Part shown: one piece after another, positions 12,470 to 25,512 of the stretch | How the letters are laid out: each line of letters begins with the position of its first letter | How positions within the stretch are numbered: position 1 is the stretch's first letter | The notes under the pieces: generated by a model | Databases searched by the model: none | Told to the model about the DNA's origin: nothing | What the model saw: only the letters and a program-made list of their open reading frames with translations | Source of the DNA: Sphyrna mokarran | Lineage: Eukaryota | Assembly: GCA_024679065.1 (NCBI GenBank) | Contig: JAGIQG010000003.1 | Coordinates: 100,068,001-100,132,000 of the forward strand | Direction: 5' to 3' | DNA: 64,000 nt | Position numbers and translations under genes: made by a program

Positions 12470-12797
12470 ACGGGGTCACAGTCTCAGGATACAGAGTACC
12501 TGACTGAGATACTCAGGTCTGGACTGAGTATGAAGAGAACTGAGATGAAGAGAAGCCTCTTGATTCAGAGGATGGTGGATCTGTGGAATTCTCTACCATA
12601 GAAAGCTGTGTTGGTCAAGTAACTCAACAGTTAAGGAGGAAATGGACAGATTTTTAGACACAAAGTTGTCAAAGGAAATGGGGAGAGCATGCAAATATGG
12701 CATTGAGATAGAGAATGAATCATAATCACATTGAATAGTGGAGCAAGCTCAAAGGGCTGAACAGCCAACTCCTGCTTCTATTTTCTTTGTTTCTATG
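12470..12797 (+). mobile_element. CR1 LINE 3' end fragment
   Basis: ggggtcacagtctcaggata...gtggaattctctacc...aagggctgaacagccaactcctgcttcta...tttctatg. Confidence 0.75.
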
Positions 12798-12861
12798 ATA
12801 ATTCCAGCAATAAATGGGTATAGAAAGTTGGTGATAAAGAATCGCTGGGTGTCATCAATGT

Positions 12862-13442
12862 ACATCACAGAATACTACAGAGCAGAAGAGGCCCTCGATA
12901 AGTTGGTCTATCGAGTCTACACTAACGCATGAAAGACCCTGACCTGCCCACCGAATCCCACTTGCCCACACTAGGCCCATAGCTTTGAATGTTATGGTGT
13001 GCCAAGTATTCATCCAGGTATTTTTTAAGGAATGTAAGGCATCCTGTCTCCACCACTTCTCAGGCAGTGCATTCCAGACCATTACCACCCTCTGAGTAAA
13101 TAACCTTTCCCCAAGTACCCCCAAAACCTCCCATGCCTCACTTTTAATTTGTGTCCCCTCGTAACTGACCCTTCAGCAAAGGAGAACAGCTGCTCGCCAT
13201 CTATCCTGTCCATGCCCCTCATTATCTTGAACACCTCAATTAGGTCAACTCTCAATCTTCTCTGCTCCAGAGAAAACAACCCAAGCCTATCCAATTTCTC
13301 TTTATAACTTAAATGTTCCACTTCAGGCAACAAGAATCTCCTCTGCACCCCTTCCAGTGCATTCACATCCTTCCTATAATGTGGCGACCAGAACTACACA
13401 CAGTATTCCAACTGCGGCCTTACCAAAGTTCTGGACAACTCC
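12862..13442 (-). mobile_element. CR1 LINE 3' fragment
   Basis: ORFs ALEGVQRRF...LSYKEKLDRLGLFSLEQRRLRVDLIEVFKIMRG and FTQRVVMVWNALP. Confidence 0.88.
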
Positions 13443-13839
13443 ATCATGACCATGGATATGTGCAATCTGATGTCATAATTTTAGATGTCATCACTAACGA
13501 CCAATTGTTTTATATTGCAACTCCACCAGCTACAGTTTTTGACTTACAACTTCATTGTTAGCTGTTGGATCAGCAATAGGGCCATCCACATTAAGGATGC
13601 AGATGGTCCTTCCAGCACAGGACAACTGACACTACAGCTTATGTTTCAGTTGATCCCAGTATATAAGGTCAGAAACGTTGTACTATGCCAGAAAAACATG
13701 GACAAATACCTGTAAAGCCAATAAAAACAAGTACCAAGAAAAGCTGCATGATGGAGTTACAACTGACACTGGAAGTAACAGATAGCCACTTATCATCTGA
13801 TCTTCACGCACAAACCAACCCATCATAAATGACTTACGT

Positions 13840-14145
13840 CATCCGTCAGATGAAATGTCAAACTGTGCTTTTCTCAGGTGGAAGTAAATAAAGTCCTCAG
13901 CACTATTTCAAAGATGATCTTTGGAATTGACCCTGATGTTATGGTTAATATTTAATTCCAAACAAGATCACTAATTATAGATAATTTATCTCATTGCTGT
14001 TTGTCAAACTTTGTTGTATGCAATTCAGTTGCCATCCTCCTCACATTAAAACAGTACCTAGAGTTCAAAACATTCTTGTGACTGGAAAGTGCTTTGATAT
14101 GTCTTGAGGTTTTTAGTAGTGTTCTGAGTGCAAGTCTTTATTTTC
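13840..14145 (+). mobile_element. Ancient Deu-domain SINE (SacSINE1/AmnSINE1-like)
   Basis: ctcaggtggaagtaaa...gcactatttcaaag...tctcattgctgtttgt...gcaattcagttgcc...cattaaaacagt...aagtgctttg...tgcaagtcttt resembles the Deu-domain consensus as I recall it. Confidence 0.6.
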
Positions 14146-14849
14146 ATTTAAACCAGGTAAAAATGGTAATTGACAATTTAATTCTATTGTTGTGTGCTTT
14201 ATCATAATTTGTTATACTTGCTGAATGCTTCTGTATTTATTTTAGATACATTTTTTGTGATTTTCCTTTCCCTCAGTTCCACAATCAAAGGCTGATTATT
14301 CAGTTACCCTTATCTCTGGAATTATTTTCCTAAACCATTATCTTTCTATTTCTCTTGCAGTAAACTTGTCGTTACCAGCTCAAATATTGACACTGCGGAT
14401 AACTTAGAGGCTAAGACAGTGTCAGGATCTGCAAAGGCAAGTCAACGGGTATGAGTGATCTGCAGACAGGCAAAGAGGCACCAAAAAGTAAGGCATTGGA
14501 GGAGTTCCATTGCAGGGGATACAGTTGAGGACTTTAATGGGGTGGCATACAGGAGCACTCTTTTGAACATACACACTAAGATATTTGATCCATTGGCAGT
14601 TTTTATCAATTTTTTTTATTGATGGCTTTTATTGCAGGATTTTGGCCAAAAGGATGCTGTGATGGAATGTTGCAGATAGATTGAAAATGGAGCAATTGTG
14701 AATTGAACAATTGTGATGAAGAGATGACATCCAAAAGCAAAGGTTGTCAGAGCAGGCACTTACAGCAGCCCATCTAGGATAAAGGCACCAACACTCCCTG
14801 CCAAATCCAAAAACTCATTGCAATTCATATTTCATATTTGTAGATCATT

Positions 14850-17800
14850 GGGAAGTTTTCGTGAGAAGGCACCTGTGTAGGAAGGGTGGGGTACACCTAA
14901 ATGGGAAGGGTACAAATATCTTGACTGGGAATTTAGCTGTAGTGTTTCAGCAGGGTTTAAAGTAATGTGGAGGGAGGTGGTGGGGATGAAAACAATAGCT
15001 CAGTAGACACTGAGGCTGGGGATAAGTTGGTTGCCGGGGTAAGGGTAAATGAGAAGAGGAGCATTCTGGAGGAGAACCTGAGTAGACTTGAAGATCTGGA
15101 GTGCATCTGCTTCAATGTGAGGACCGTAACGGGTAAGACAGATGAACTTAAGGCCTTAATGCTTACACAGAATTTGGATGTGGTTGCAGTGACAGAGACT
15201 TGTGTTAAAAGAAGGACAGGACTGGCAGCTGAATATTCCAGGGTATAATTGTTTTAGGCAATACAGAGGAGGGTCTAAAAGAGGTGGGGAAGTAGTGATA
15301 TTAGTTAAGGAGCGTATTACAGCAGTGCAGATGGTGGACAATTTAGAGGAGTCATGTAATTGTCGCTGTGGGTGGAGCTCAGGAACAGGAAGGGTGCAAT
15401 CACTACGCTGGGTGTATACTATAGGCCACCCAATAGCCCATGGGAAATTGAAGAACAGTTCTGTAAGGAAATTCTGGATAGGTGCCGAAAAAATAGGGTT
15501 GTTATAGTGGGAGACTTTAATTTCCCTGGTGTGAATTGGAAGGTGCTTAGCGCTGGGGATCTGGACGGGGAGGAATTTGTAAAATACATACTGGAAGGGT
15601 CTTTGGAGCAGTACGTAGTAAGCTCAACTAGAGAGGGGGCTATACTGGACCTATTTCTGGGGAATGAGCCTGGCCAGGTGGTCAAGGTTTCAGTAGGGGA
15701 ACATGTGACAATTCTGTTTACTTCAGGATACTAATGGAAAAGGATGAGTGTTGTCCTAAGAGTATGGTGGTAAATTGAGGGAAAGCTAGCTTTAGCCGCA
15801 TTAGGCAGAAATTAGTGGCCATAGATTGGGAGAGGATGTTAGAGGGTAAGTCCATGTCTGGTATGCGGGAATCTTTTAAAGGGACATCTGATAAGGCTGC
15901 AGATAGACATGCGTCTGTAAAAAGGAAGGATAGGAAAGGCAGGATTAGAGAGCCATGGATAACCAGGGATATTGAGGACTTGATCAGAAAGAAAAGAGAG
16001 GCATACATTAGGTCAAGACAACTGAGAACGGAGAGAGCTCTGGAGGAATACAGAGAGAATAGGAGAGAACTCAAACAGGGAGTTAGAAGGGCAAAAAGAG
16101 GTCATGAAATAGTCTTGGCAGACAAGATTAAGGATAATCCAAGGGCATTTTATTCATATGTTAGGAACAAAAGAGTTAGAGAAAAATCGGACCTCTCGGG
16201 GACAAAGGAAGGGAATTATGTTTAGAGCCCAAGGGAATAGGGGAGATCCTGAATGAATACTTCGTGTCAGTATTCACAAAGGAGAGGGGTTTGTTGTCTT
16301 GGAGTGACTTAGAGGGAGTTGTTGACCCATTGGAGAAAATCTCCATTACAAGAGAGGAAGTGTTAGGTTTTTTAGGAAACGTTAAAACTGACAAATCCCC
16401 GGGGCCTGATGGCATTTATCTTAGACTGCTCAGGAAGACAAGAGATGAAATTGCTGAGCCTCTGGTGGAAATCTTTGTCTCTTCTTTGGACACAGGTGAA
16501 GTCCCAGAGGATTGGAAGATAGCAAATATGGTACCGTTGTTTAAAAAGGGTAGCAAGGATAACCCGGGTAATTACAGGAGCATTCTGGAGAAGGAGGACT
16601 TGAGTGGCCTGAGGTCTGGAATGCATCTGCTTCAATGCGAGGAGTGTAACGGGTAAGACAGATGAACTTAAGGCCTTAATGCTTACATGGAATTTGGATG
16701 TGGTTGCGGTGACAGAGACTTGGTTAAAAGAAAGACAGGACTGGCAGCTGAATATTCCGGGATATAATTGTTTTAGGCAAGACAGTGGAGGGTCTAAAAG
16801 AGGTGGGGGAGTACAATGAGCTTGGCATCAGTGGTAGGAAAGTTGTTGGAGTGGATTCTTAGAGATAGGATATATGCACATTTAGAACAGAACAATCTCA
16901 CTAGTGACAGGCAACATGATTTTGTAAGAGCGAGGTTGTGCCTTATAAATGTGGTGGAATTTTTTGAGCTGACCAAATGGTTGGCAAAAAAGAGCCTTGG
17001 ATGTCATCTACATGGATTTCAGTAAGGCATTTGACAAAGTCCCTCATGGCAGGCTAGTGAAAAAGATTAAGGCTCATGGGATACAAGGACAGGTGGCTAG
17101 ATGGGTTGAGAACTGGCTTGGTCACAGGAGACAGAGGGTACCAGTGGAAGGGTCTTTTTCTAGCTGGAGGTCTGTGACTAGTAGTGTTCCACAGGGCTCT
17201 GTACTATTTGTGATATATATAAATGATTTGGAAGAGGGAGTAACTGGTGTGATCAGCAAGTTGTAGATGACACGAAAATGGCTGGATTTGCTAATAGTGA
17301 TGAACAGTGTTGGACAATACAGCATGATATAGATAAGCTGGTAAACTGGGTAGAGGAATGGCAGATGGAATTTAATAAATGCAAGATGATGCATTTTGGA
17401 AAAAATAATGTAGGGGGGATTTATATAATAAATGGTAGGACCATTAAGAGTATAGAAACACAGAGGAACCTAGGTATGCAGGTTTCTTGAAGATGGCAGC
17501 ATAGTTGGAGAAGGTGTTGAAGAAGGCATAGGGTATGCTTGCTTTTATTGGAAGTATAGAGTATAAAAAGTGAGGTCTGATGTTGCAGTTGTAAAGAACG
17601 TTGGTTAAACCACATTTAGAATACTGCATCCAGTTCTGGTCGTCGCACTACCGGAAGAACATGGAGGCCTTAGAGAGAGCACAGAGGAGGTTTACAGGAT
17701 GCTGCCTGGTATGGAGGGTCTTAGCTATGAGGAGAGATTGGGCAAACTGGGCTTGTTCTCCCTGGAAAGACAGAGAATGAGGGGAAACCTAATAGAGCTG

Positions 17801-18065
17801 TATACGATTATGAAGGGTATAGATGGAGTGAACAGTGGGAAGTTTTTTTCCCAGAATGGATGCGAAAATCACGAGGGGTCACAGGCTCAAGGTGAGCAGG
17901 GTGAGGTATAACTCAGATGTTAGAGGGATTTTTTTTTTTACACAGAGGGTTGTGGTGTCCTAGAATGCACTGCCAAGGAGGCAGACACACTAGGGATGTT
18001 TAAGACTTACCTAGATAGGCACATGAGCAGACTGGAGATGGAGGAATATAAAAGAAATGTTCTAG
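14850..18065 (+). mobile_element. Decayed CR1 LINE (end of ORF1, ORF2 endonuclease and RT)
   Basis: CICFNVRTV, VAVTET, GVYYRPP, VGDFNFP, KSPGPDGIY, KAFDKVPH, VPQGSVL, LSYEERLGKLGLFSLE in shifting frames. Confidence 0.92.
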
Positions 18066-18360
18066 TTGAAGATCAAGAGCCTCAGGACATTCCTGGGAAT
18101 TAATAGATTCCTACAAATTTTAAGGCTCACCTTGTCACTTACATTGGAACTATTGGGGATCTTCCATTCATGTCTGTGTAGCCTGTTGTATGTCTATTGA
18201 TGTTTATTGATGTCCCCTTTTTACATCCACAGGCGATTCAGTCCGCCTTGTTGGCCAATAAAGGGCATACGTGCGGTGGGTCATGCAAGGGTTGCTCTTG
18301 GATGTTGCTTTGAGAGTTGCCTAGTGCTTCACGCCTGGACCAATTGACAAGCAACACGAG

Positions 18361-18752
18361 AGCTCAGTGACTATCACTGTCTGCTATGCAGTTACCGGGA
18401 CCCGGGTCAGATCTCCGGCTTAGATCAACGTCTGTGGAAGTTTGCACATTCTCCCTGTGCTTGCGTGGGTTTTCTCCAGGTGCTCTGGTTTCCTCCCACA
18501 TCCCAAAAACATGCTTTTTATACTGATTGGTGTCAATAAATTGTCCCTGAATTGGATCTCCCTTAATCTGGCGCACATATAATCCACTAAATTTGTACCT
18601 CCTTTATTGTGGAGTCCACTAGGGATTGACAAAAAATGTCAACGATCGATGAAAGACTTGAATAAGGCACTCACTCAGTGTTAAAATGGACGGTGCAGGC
18701 TTGTAGGGCCAAAGGGCCTGTTTCCTGAGCTGTATTGCTCTTTGTTCTTTTG
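18361..18752 (+). mobile_element. Divergent V-SINE variant with CR1-type tail
   Basis: V-core agtttgcacattctccctgtgcttgcgtgggtttt...ggtttcctcccacatcccaaa and tail gggccaaagggcctgtttcc...ctctttgttctttt. Confidence 0.75.
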
Positions 18753-18819
18753 TAATTCATCCAAAAGCTCTCCATAGTAGTTCTATCTAAATCACATTGT
18801 CTGCAAGCTTTAAAAAAAA

Positions 18820-19345
18820 AATCATTAATGGGATTTGGGCATTGTTGGCAATTAGGCCCAGGTGTTCCCATGTGTTTGCTGCCTTTGTCTTTTTAGATAG
18901 TAGTGGTCACGCGATTGGAAAATGATGCCAAAGGAGACTTGGTGAATTCCTACAGCACATCTTGCAGATGGTGCACACAGCTGCTACTGTTCAGTGGCAG
19001 TGGAGGGAATTAATGTTTCTGGAAAGGATAGTAGTCAGTTGGGCTGAATTATCTTGGATAGTGCCAAACATCTTAAGTGTTGTTGGAGTTGCACTCATCA
19101 GACAAGTGAAGAGTATTTCACCACACTCCTAACTTGTGCCTTGTAAATTGTGGATAGGATTTGAAGTTGGAGGTGGGGAAGGTCAGGGGGTAATTAACTG
19201 CTGCAGAATTCCTAGCCTCTGAAATATTCTTATAGTCAAATATTTATATGGCTAGCCCAATTCAGTTTCTACTCGATGGTAGCTTGCAGGTGTTGATAAT
19301 GGGGGATTCAGCCATGGTAATGCCATTGAATGTCAGTGTTGAATG
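18820..19345 (-). mobile_element. Old LINE fragment, same family as 8145-8555
   Basis: Shared motifs tgctgcctttgtct...cttgcagatggtgcacacagctgctactgt...ggagggaat. Confidence 0.6.
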
Positions 19346-20005
19346 GTTGGTCAACCAAATAGCCCTGCTGTAGTTCTCTCTTGCAACCAAACATAAATGA
19401 TAGACTGAATGGCTTTCCTTTGAACTGGATGTTTCTCTAAAAATCTAATGCATTGTAGAAATATATGTTTTTCATAGTATTCTCTATTCTTAAAGTTACA
19501 AAGCTAATGCCCAGAATGGAATGGGGCAGACCCAATCCATTCCTTGCTTGCTCCAAAAAACAAATTTCAATTGAATCCAATTTGTGGTCCTTACAAGTGA
19601 GACAAACAAGATCCAAGTTGACAAAATTAGGCATTGCACCCGATGTTGGGCTTGATCTGATATTTGGTCTTAGCCAAAAAGGCCGAGATGCTCATACTCG
19701 GACATATGGATACAGGTAGTGTGTGAGAATGTGAGAGTGTGTATCTCAGAGTAGTACATCTTTTTTAGAATTTTATCAATCCACCTACAGGAAACAGTGT
19801 GACATTGCATCATTTCTTCCATCCCTTGCCATGGGAATTGTAGTGAGAGTGGGGGGGAGGAGGTTGTTATGGTGGTGATGGTGACCATGCAAAGGTCCAC
19901 TGACTTCCAGCAATAGTTCTCCAGTTTTGGGGCGAGTGCGGCCAGAGAATCCCACCCTTGGTTTCATTCCAAGGCAAACAGAATGAGAGGCAACACAAAA
20001 AAAAG

Positions 20006-20202
20006 ACTGAAATTTTTTGGCTATTCCTGCTGATGGGATCTTCCAGTTCCCCCTGACGACATTCCTTGTCATGGATTCCCTGGTAGCAGAGGGTGAAAAC
20101 AATGGGAAAACCATAGCAGTTGGAACAGAAGATCCCTGCTGCCAGCCAATAGTGGGCAGACTGCCTCACACAATGCAGGAGTCGAGGTGAAAAATCTTGC
20201 CA
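20006..20202. mobile_element. Short MITE-like element
   Basis: Internal inverted motif gggatcttc...gaagatccc and terminal aaaatcttgcc; no coding capacity. Confidence 0.35.
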
Positions 20203-21202
20203 TAATGCACAGGTAAATCAATATTCTGGGTTTCTTAGTATAACCCTGGGCAAATTTCTTAATATATAAGCCATTGGGGAGGATCTCTAAAATGACTTTA
20301 TGTCAATTAAATACTACTCTGATATGGTTACGTCCTAACATGGAGAACTTCAGGGGTGAAACTCCCTGATTTGTATTGGTTTCTATAATGGACCCTATCC
20401 CCATTGTTTACAGTGATGACATGGAAATGATTCTCAAAGAAAATCATGTTACCAACATGTTACCTACATACATAAAATCATATACTGAATGTAAACGGGG
20501 TCATAACCCATCACCGACCTTTTGGTAAAAATAGATTTCCAGTACATTTCTTCAAATATAAATCTGAGCGCCCCCCCTACTATGACTAATAAAGTAGTGA
20601 CAACAGCCCATGTTTCACTAAGGCCTCCAGGGGCAAACACGAATGCCAAGTTATTTCAGCTACTCCCTGGATATCGGTCACCAATTGCATTAAGTTACTT
20701 GTGTTTACTGGCTGTGAAGGATACGTGGGATTGTCATTGCCCAACTTAATCTGGATACTGGATGCATACAGCATTACTCACATTGAGAAGATACTGCAGA
20801 GAAGCACTCAAGCATTGCTGAGACATTAGTTCATCTATAATATTAAACCCAAGTAAACCAAAACTGAGCTTACAATTTTTCTCATCAATTTTTAAAAATT
20901 TCTATTTGATAATACACTGTGTTGAGTGGTAATAACATGTCTAGGTCATTCCTATGATAACTTCAGTTATTGAAGTTCCAGTGTTTCATTTCTGAATCCT
21001 GAGATGGGTTACAGCTTCATCTAGTCTATGTAATTCTGTTTAATTCATATCATGCAGCTTTACATCAGTACTCAGTGAAAAAGAAAAGCTGTTTTTCTGT
21101 TGGGATAGGCTCCACTTAAACAGCAAATCAAACAACTGGGGTAGTGGACAAAAGCTTTAATTTAATAAGGGGATGGTGGGGGGTTATAAATTCAAGGAAA
21201 AC

Positions 21203-22235
21203 ATAAAAACTAGAAGCAGGAGGATGGCATTCAGCTCTTAAAGCCTGCTCTGCCTTCATTATTGTCATAGCTGATCATCAAATTCAATAACCTGATAGCT
21301 CTTGGAACTAAATAGATATGCGGGGAAGAAGCTATCTCTAATTTCTTGAAATCAGACTACTTTCTGTAGTAGTGAATTCCACAGATTCACCACTTCTAGG
21401 GTGAAGAAATTTCTCCTCCCTTCAGTTCTAAAAGGTTTAGCTCTTATCTTCAAACTATGACCTCTAGTTTTGGACACCCCAAACAATGAGAAGTTTCTTT
21501 CTGAATCTGCGCTATCTAACCGTGTTAGAATATTCTAAGTTTCAATGAGATCTCATCTCACTCTTCTAAATTCCAGTGAATAATCCTAATCGACATGGTC
21601 CCTCCTCAAATGACAGAACTGCCATCCCAGGAATCAACCTGGTAAACCTTCACTGTCCTTCCTTTGTATTCTCAGATAATGACACCAAAACTGCACACAA
21701 TACCCCAGGTGTGGCTTCACCAACACCCTATACAATTGCAATAAAACATTCCTATCCCTCTCATTTGAAGGCCAACATACCATTTGCCTTTTTGACTGCC
21801 TACTGTACCTGTATGCTTACTTTTAGTGACTGATGCACGAGGCACCAAAGTCAAGCTGTATATCCATCTCTTTCAATTTGAGTAATAATCTGTTTTTCTA
21901 TTATTGCTACCTAAGTGAATAACCTCACATTTATCCACATTATATTGCATCTGCCATGCATATGCCCACATACTCAGCCTATAAAAATCATGTTGAAGCA
22001 TCTCTGCCCCCTTCTTACAGCTTACCCTCTAAGCCAGCTTTGTGTCATCTGCAAATTCCATAATAATACATTTAGTTCCCTCTTCCAAATCATTTATATA
22101 GTGTGAACAGTTGAGGTCCTAACACAGGTCCATGTAGTACCCCACTTGTCACTGCCTGCCAATCAGAAAAAGACTACTTAAGCAACTCTTTGCTTCCTAG
22201 CCACTGACTAGCTTTCTATTCTTCTCAAGACATTA
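21203..22235 (-). mobile_element. CR1 LINE 3' portion
   Basis: Starts with tail acataaaaactagaagcagg; contains gtgtcatctgcaaa (FADDT on minus strand). Confidence 0.85.
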
Positions 22236-22449
22236 CTGGCAAAGTCACAGCTCTAAAGCAAAGGTCAGGAATGGACAGTGAAATTTAGTGTTGGATATTG
22301 GACCTTTGAAGTCAGAATTTTACTCATCCCAAACAGGCATATTTCTGATCTAGAAGTGCATAAAATAACTTGTGATAACATTAGGCGCACATCCCGACTT
22401 CATCTTGCTCTCACATAATATCTTCGGCAGTGGGTGCAAGCTAGCAAGA

Positions 22450-23280
22450 CATTAAAACAAACTATAAACATTTCTGTAGGTATATAAATAGGAAAAGATT
22501 GGTGAAAGTGTATGGGGGTACATTAAAGACAGACTAATAGAATTATAATAGGGAATAAGCTAATGGCAGAGACATAAAACAAATACTTTGTAACTATCTT
22601 TAATTCCAGAAATAACGGGGAACTAAGAATCGAATAAGAATGAGGAACTTGAAAAAATAAGTACAAATAGAGAAGTAACACTTGAGAATTTAATGGAACT
22701 AACTGACAGCAAATGCCCTGGACCTGATGATAATGGTGACTCCAGAGATAGTCACTACATTGATTTTGACCTTCTAGAATTCCTTAAATTCTAAAAACAG
22801 TTCCCAAGGGTTGAAGTGTAGCAAACATAACTCCATATTTAGGATAGCAGGAAGAGAGAAAAAAAAAGAACTGCAAGCCAGTTAACATCAATAGTAGGCA
22901 AAAAGATAGAATCTATTATTATGGAAATGATAATAGGGCATTTGGAAAATCTAAATATAATCAAGCAGAATAAGTACCAATTTATGAGAGGGAAGTCACA
23001 TTTCATGAATCTGTTAAGAGTTTTTTTTAAGGTGTATTTCACAATATGGATAAGGGTCAACCAGTGCATCTAATGCATGTATATTTAGATTTTCAAAAAA
23101 CAGTTGATAAGATAATATATAAAAGGTTACTTCACAAAATGAGGGCATGTGGTGTTGTGGGTAGTGCATTAGCAAGGACATGTATATTAGTTAATGGACA
23201 TAAAACAGAGAGTAGGTATAAATGGGATATTTTCAGTACGACAGGCATTAACTAGTGCAGGGCCACGAGGATCTGTAGTT
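22450..23280 (+). mobile_element. Old CR1 ORF2 fragment
   Basis: aaatgccctggacctgatg (K.PGPD) and VYLDFQKTVDK motifs. Confidence 0.75.
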
Positions 23281-23975
23281 AAACTGCTGCAGCGACATTA
23301 GATGAAACATAGCTTAAAATAAGGCATGGTTCTAAAGTGATTTGTCCAATTAGTTAGAGCCAATAGAAATTAACCCTTACAATTCTTGATAATATTATAG
23401 ACCACTTAGTCATTTCCAACAATATTGACTAAGGTGGGCCTAAAACATCTTCAGAATAAAAGAGGTTGCAGAAAATATCTTTATGCATGTCTAAGGTGGA
23501 AGAGATCTTTGAGGGTAGTTGAGCATCTTCCCATCAGTACGAAAGATTGTTTTCATCTACTTCAGGGGCAGTCAAACTTCCTCTTGTCAGTGTGGAGTTT
23601 GAGTGTAAGCGCTGGAATTTGTTCAGTGATGGTTTCCCCACCAGTAAAAGTCCCAGAAAGGTGTAGTGTTTCTTTGAGTCACTGACAGTTTCTCTGTTGG
23701 TGCGAGAAGTTGAAGTTGTCATTGTGTTTCTCTTGGATTGATCACCCAAGAGAAAGCTTGGAATTGGTAGAATTTCATTGATAAATATACTTTTCCTATA
23801 TCCTTCTATCCTTCCTCTACTTGTTAATTGATAAGTTTTAGCTCATTAAGAAAGTTAATATTTTAGTCTGAATGATAAGTTCATGAATGTTTGATCAGCA
23901 CAGTCAAATTGTTGTTTAAAATGTACTTGCTTATAGTCAATAATCATTGACATTATTTGCCACTTCAGAGTCTGA

Positions 23976-24947
23976 GGGCCCAATACCATTTTGATTCCAA
24001 GTGCTGGGTGGATTTGAAACTGGGAGTGTTCCAGATCCAACTTTTAGACCTATTCTCAGATGCCCCCATATGAATTCTGCCTGAAAAAATATCAGCAATT
24101 CCAAATTGTGTTGCAGAAGTCTGGGCAGAGCTTAATGTACACAAAATCCTGCAGCTCCGATCAGCGCTTCCAACTGCATAGGCACAAAAAAGATAGAATG
24201 TGGCTCTCCTGCCATATCGCTCCTGGGCAGGATAATGCCTCCCAAGGGCCCCCACAGACATTGCCCATGCCCATAACACTACTGACACCCTTATCCCCGC
24301 TCTCCTTCTGCCACCTGGATCACAAGCAGAGTAGCAGCAGACTCCCCTTCCCCCTCTCTGATCACAGGCAGAGTAGCAACAGATTCCCCCTTCCCCCTCT
24401 CTGATCACAGGCAAAGTGGCAACAGATCCCCCCTTCCCTCTCACTGATCACAGGCAGAGTGGCAACAGATCCCTCCTTCCCACTCACTGATCGCAGGCAA
24501 AGTGGCAGCAAACTCCCCTCTTCTGCCCCCCCACTAATCTCAAGCAGAGAGACATTTGACCTACCTCCTCCCTCTCAACCCCATCAATCTCAAGCAGAGA
24601 ACCGTCAGATGCTCGCCACTTACCTCCTCACTGGCTGGAGCGCCCAAATTGGACTTCTGTAGAGCATGTCTGTTTCACCCTGATTCTGGATGGGCGAAGC
24701 AGTAGTAAAGGGGGAAGTGCCGGTAAGGTTGGGCATGCAGCCCACTGTCAATTTAAATGCATGCAAATACATTTAAATAATAGTTGCACCTGTTTCAGGC
24801 ATGGCTCTAATCAAAGCCATTTTCGGGCCTTGGTAAAGGGGGAAATCGGCGCAGAGGCGGGCATGGATCGTGCTATTCACCTCACGCCCAACTTTATCAA
24901 GTTTTTGCACCCAAAAACAGGCACAACTTGATGGTAAAATTGGGCCG
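23976..24947. mobile_element. Non-autonomous PIF/Harbinger-like DNA transposon with internal minisatellite
   Basis: TIRs GGGCCCAAT---ACCAT and ATGGTAAAATTGGGCCG; TGA on both flanks (23973-23975, 24948-24950), consistent with a 3-bp TSD. Confidence 0.75.
24315..24545 (+). repeat. Minisatellite, ~41-43 bp unit, about 5 copies
   Basis: Unit ctgatcacaggcagagtggcaacagatcccccttccctctca repeated with variation. Confidence 0.85.
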
Positions 24948-25329
24948 TGAATCTTTGCCTGATGATTATATCTCTGTTAAATTGTTCAGGGATTGGATAT
25001 TGCAAGCGGCCTTGTCGGGGTTTAATGTGGTTGGGAAGTGGTTGAGGTTTGCAGGGGTATTTGTGGATGAGTGGGGGTTTGAGTTATGCTGTTAATCATG
25101 GAGTTACACCAGAAATTAAACAGCCTAACATTTACAGTGTCAACATCCAGCTAAGTAATTTGTGTAGCCAAAGTTTCTAACACTGAAATAAGTGTCAGAG
25201 ACTTTGCGTAGTGTCCCAGATGGGAAATAACCCCTCAGAAGTTTCACGGGCAATTTCAGCATCTATGCACTCATCAGGATTTTGCAGGGTCCGGATGCAT
25301 ATCACTAGTTTAAGAACAGATTTCACTGC

Positions 25330-25512
25330 TGTGATTCTTGGAAGGTTTGGACTATTGAGTAGACTATCTTATTCCCTTTGGGTTTAAAAGGGTAAGAGGT
25401 GATCTCATTGAAACTTTTAAAATTTTTAAAGGGTTTCATAGAGTGAATGATGTTTCCCCTAGTTAGGGACAACAGAACCAGGATCACAGTTTTAGAATAA
25501 AGGGTCAATTAT
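25330..25512 (+). mobile_element. CR1 3' fragment
   Basis: agaggtgatctcattgaaacttttaaaatt (RGDLIETFKI). Confidence 0.65.

Noticed and set aside
18066-18358. Possible LTR fragment (AATAAA, CA end) between a CR1 and a SINE
   Set aside because: No TG start, TSD or second copy identifiable; evidence insufficient.
23440-23760. Coding-looking segment with a 71-aa minus-strand ORF
   Set aside because: No recognisable domain or convincing splice sites; cannot be supported.
24315-24545. Regularly spaced repeats resembling a CRISPR array
   Set aside because: Units are contiguous with no unique spacers, the DNA is vertebrate and there are no cas genes; it is a minisatellite inside a MITE.
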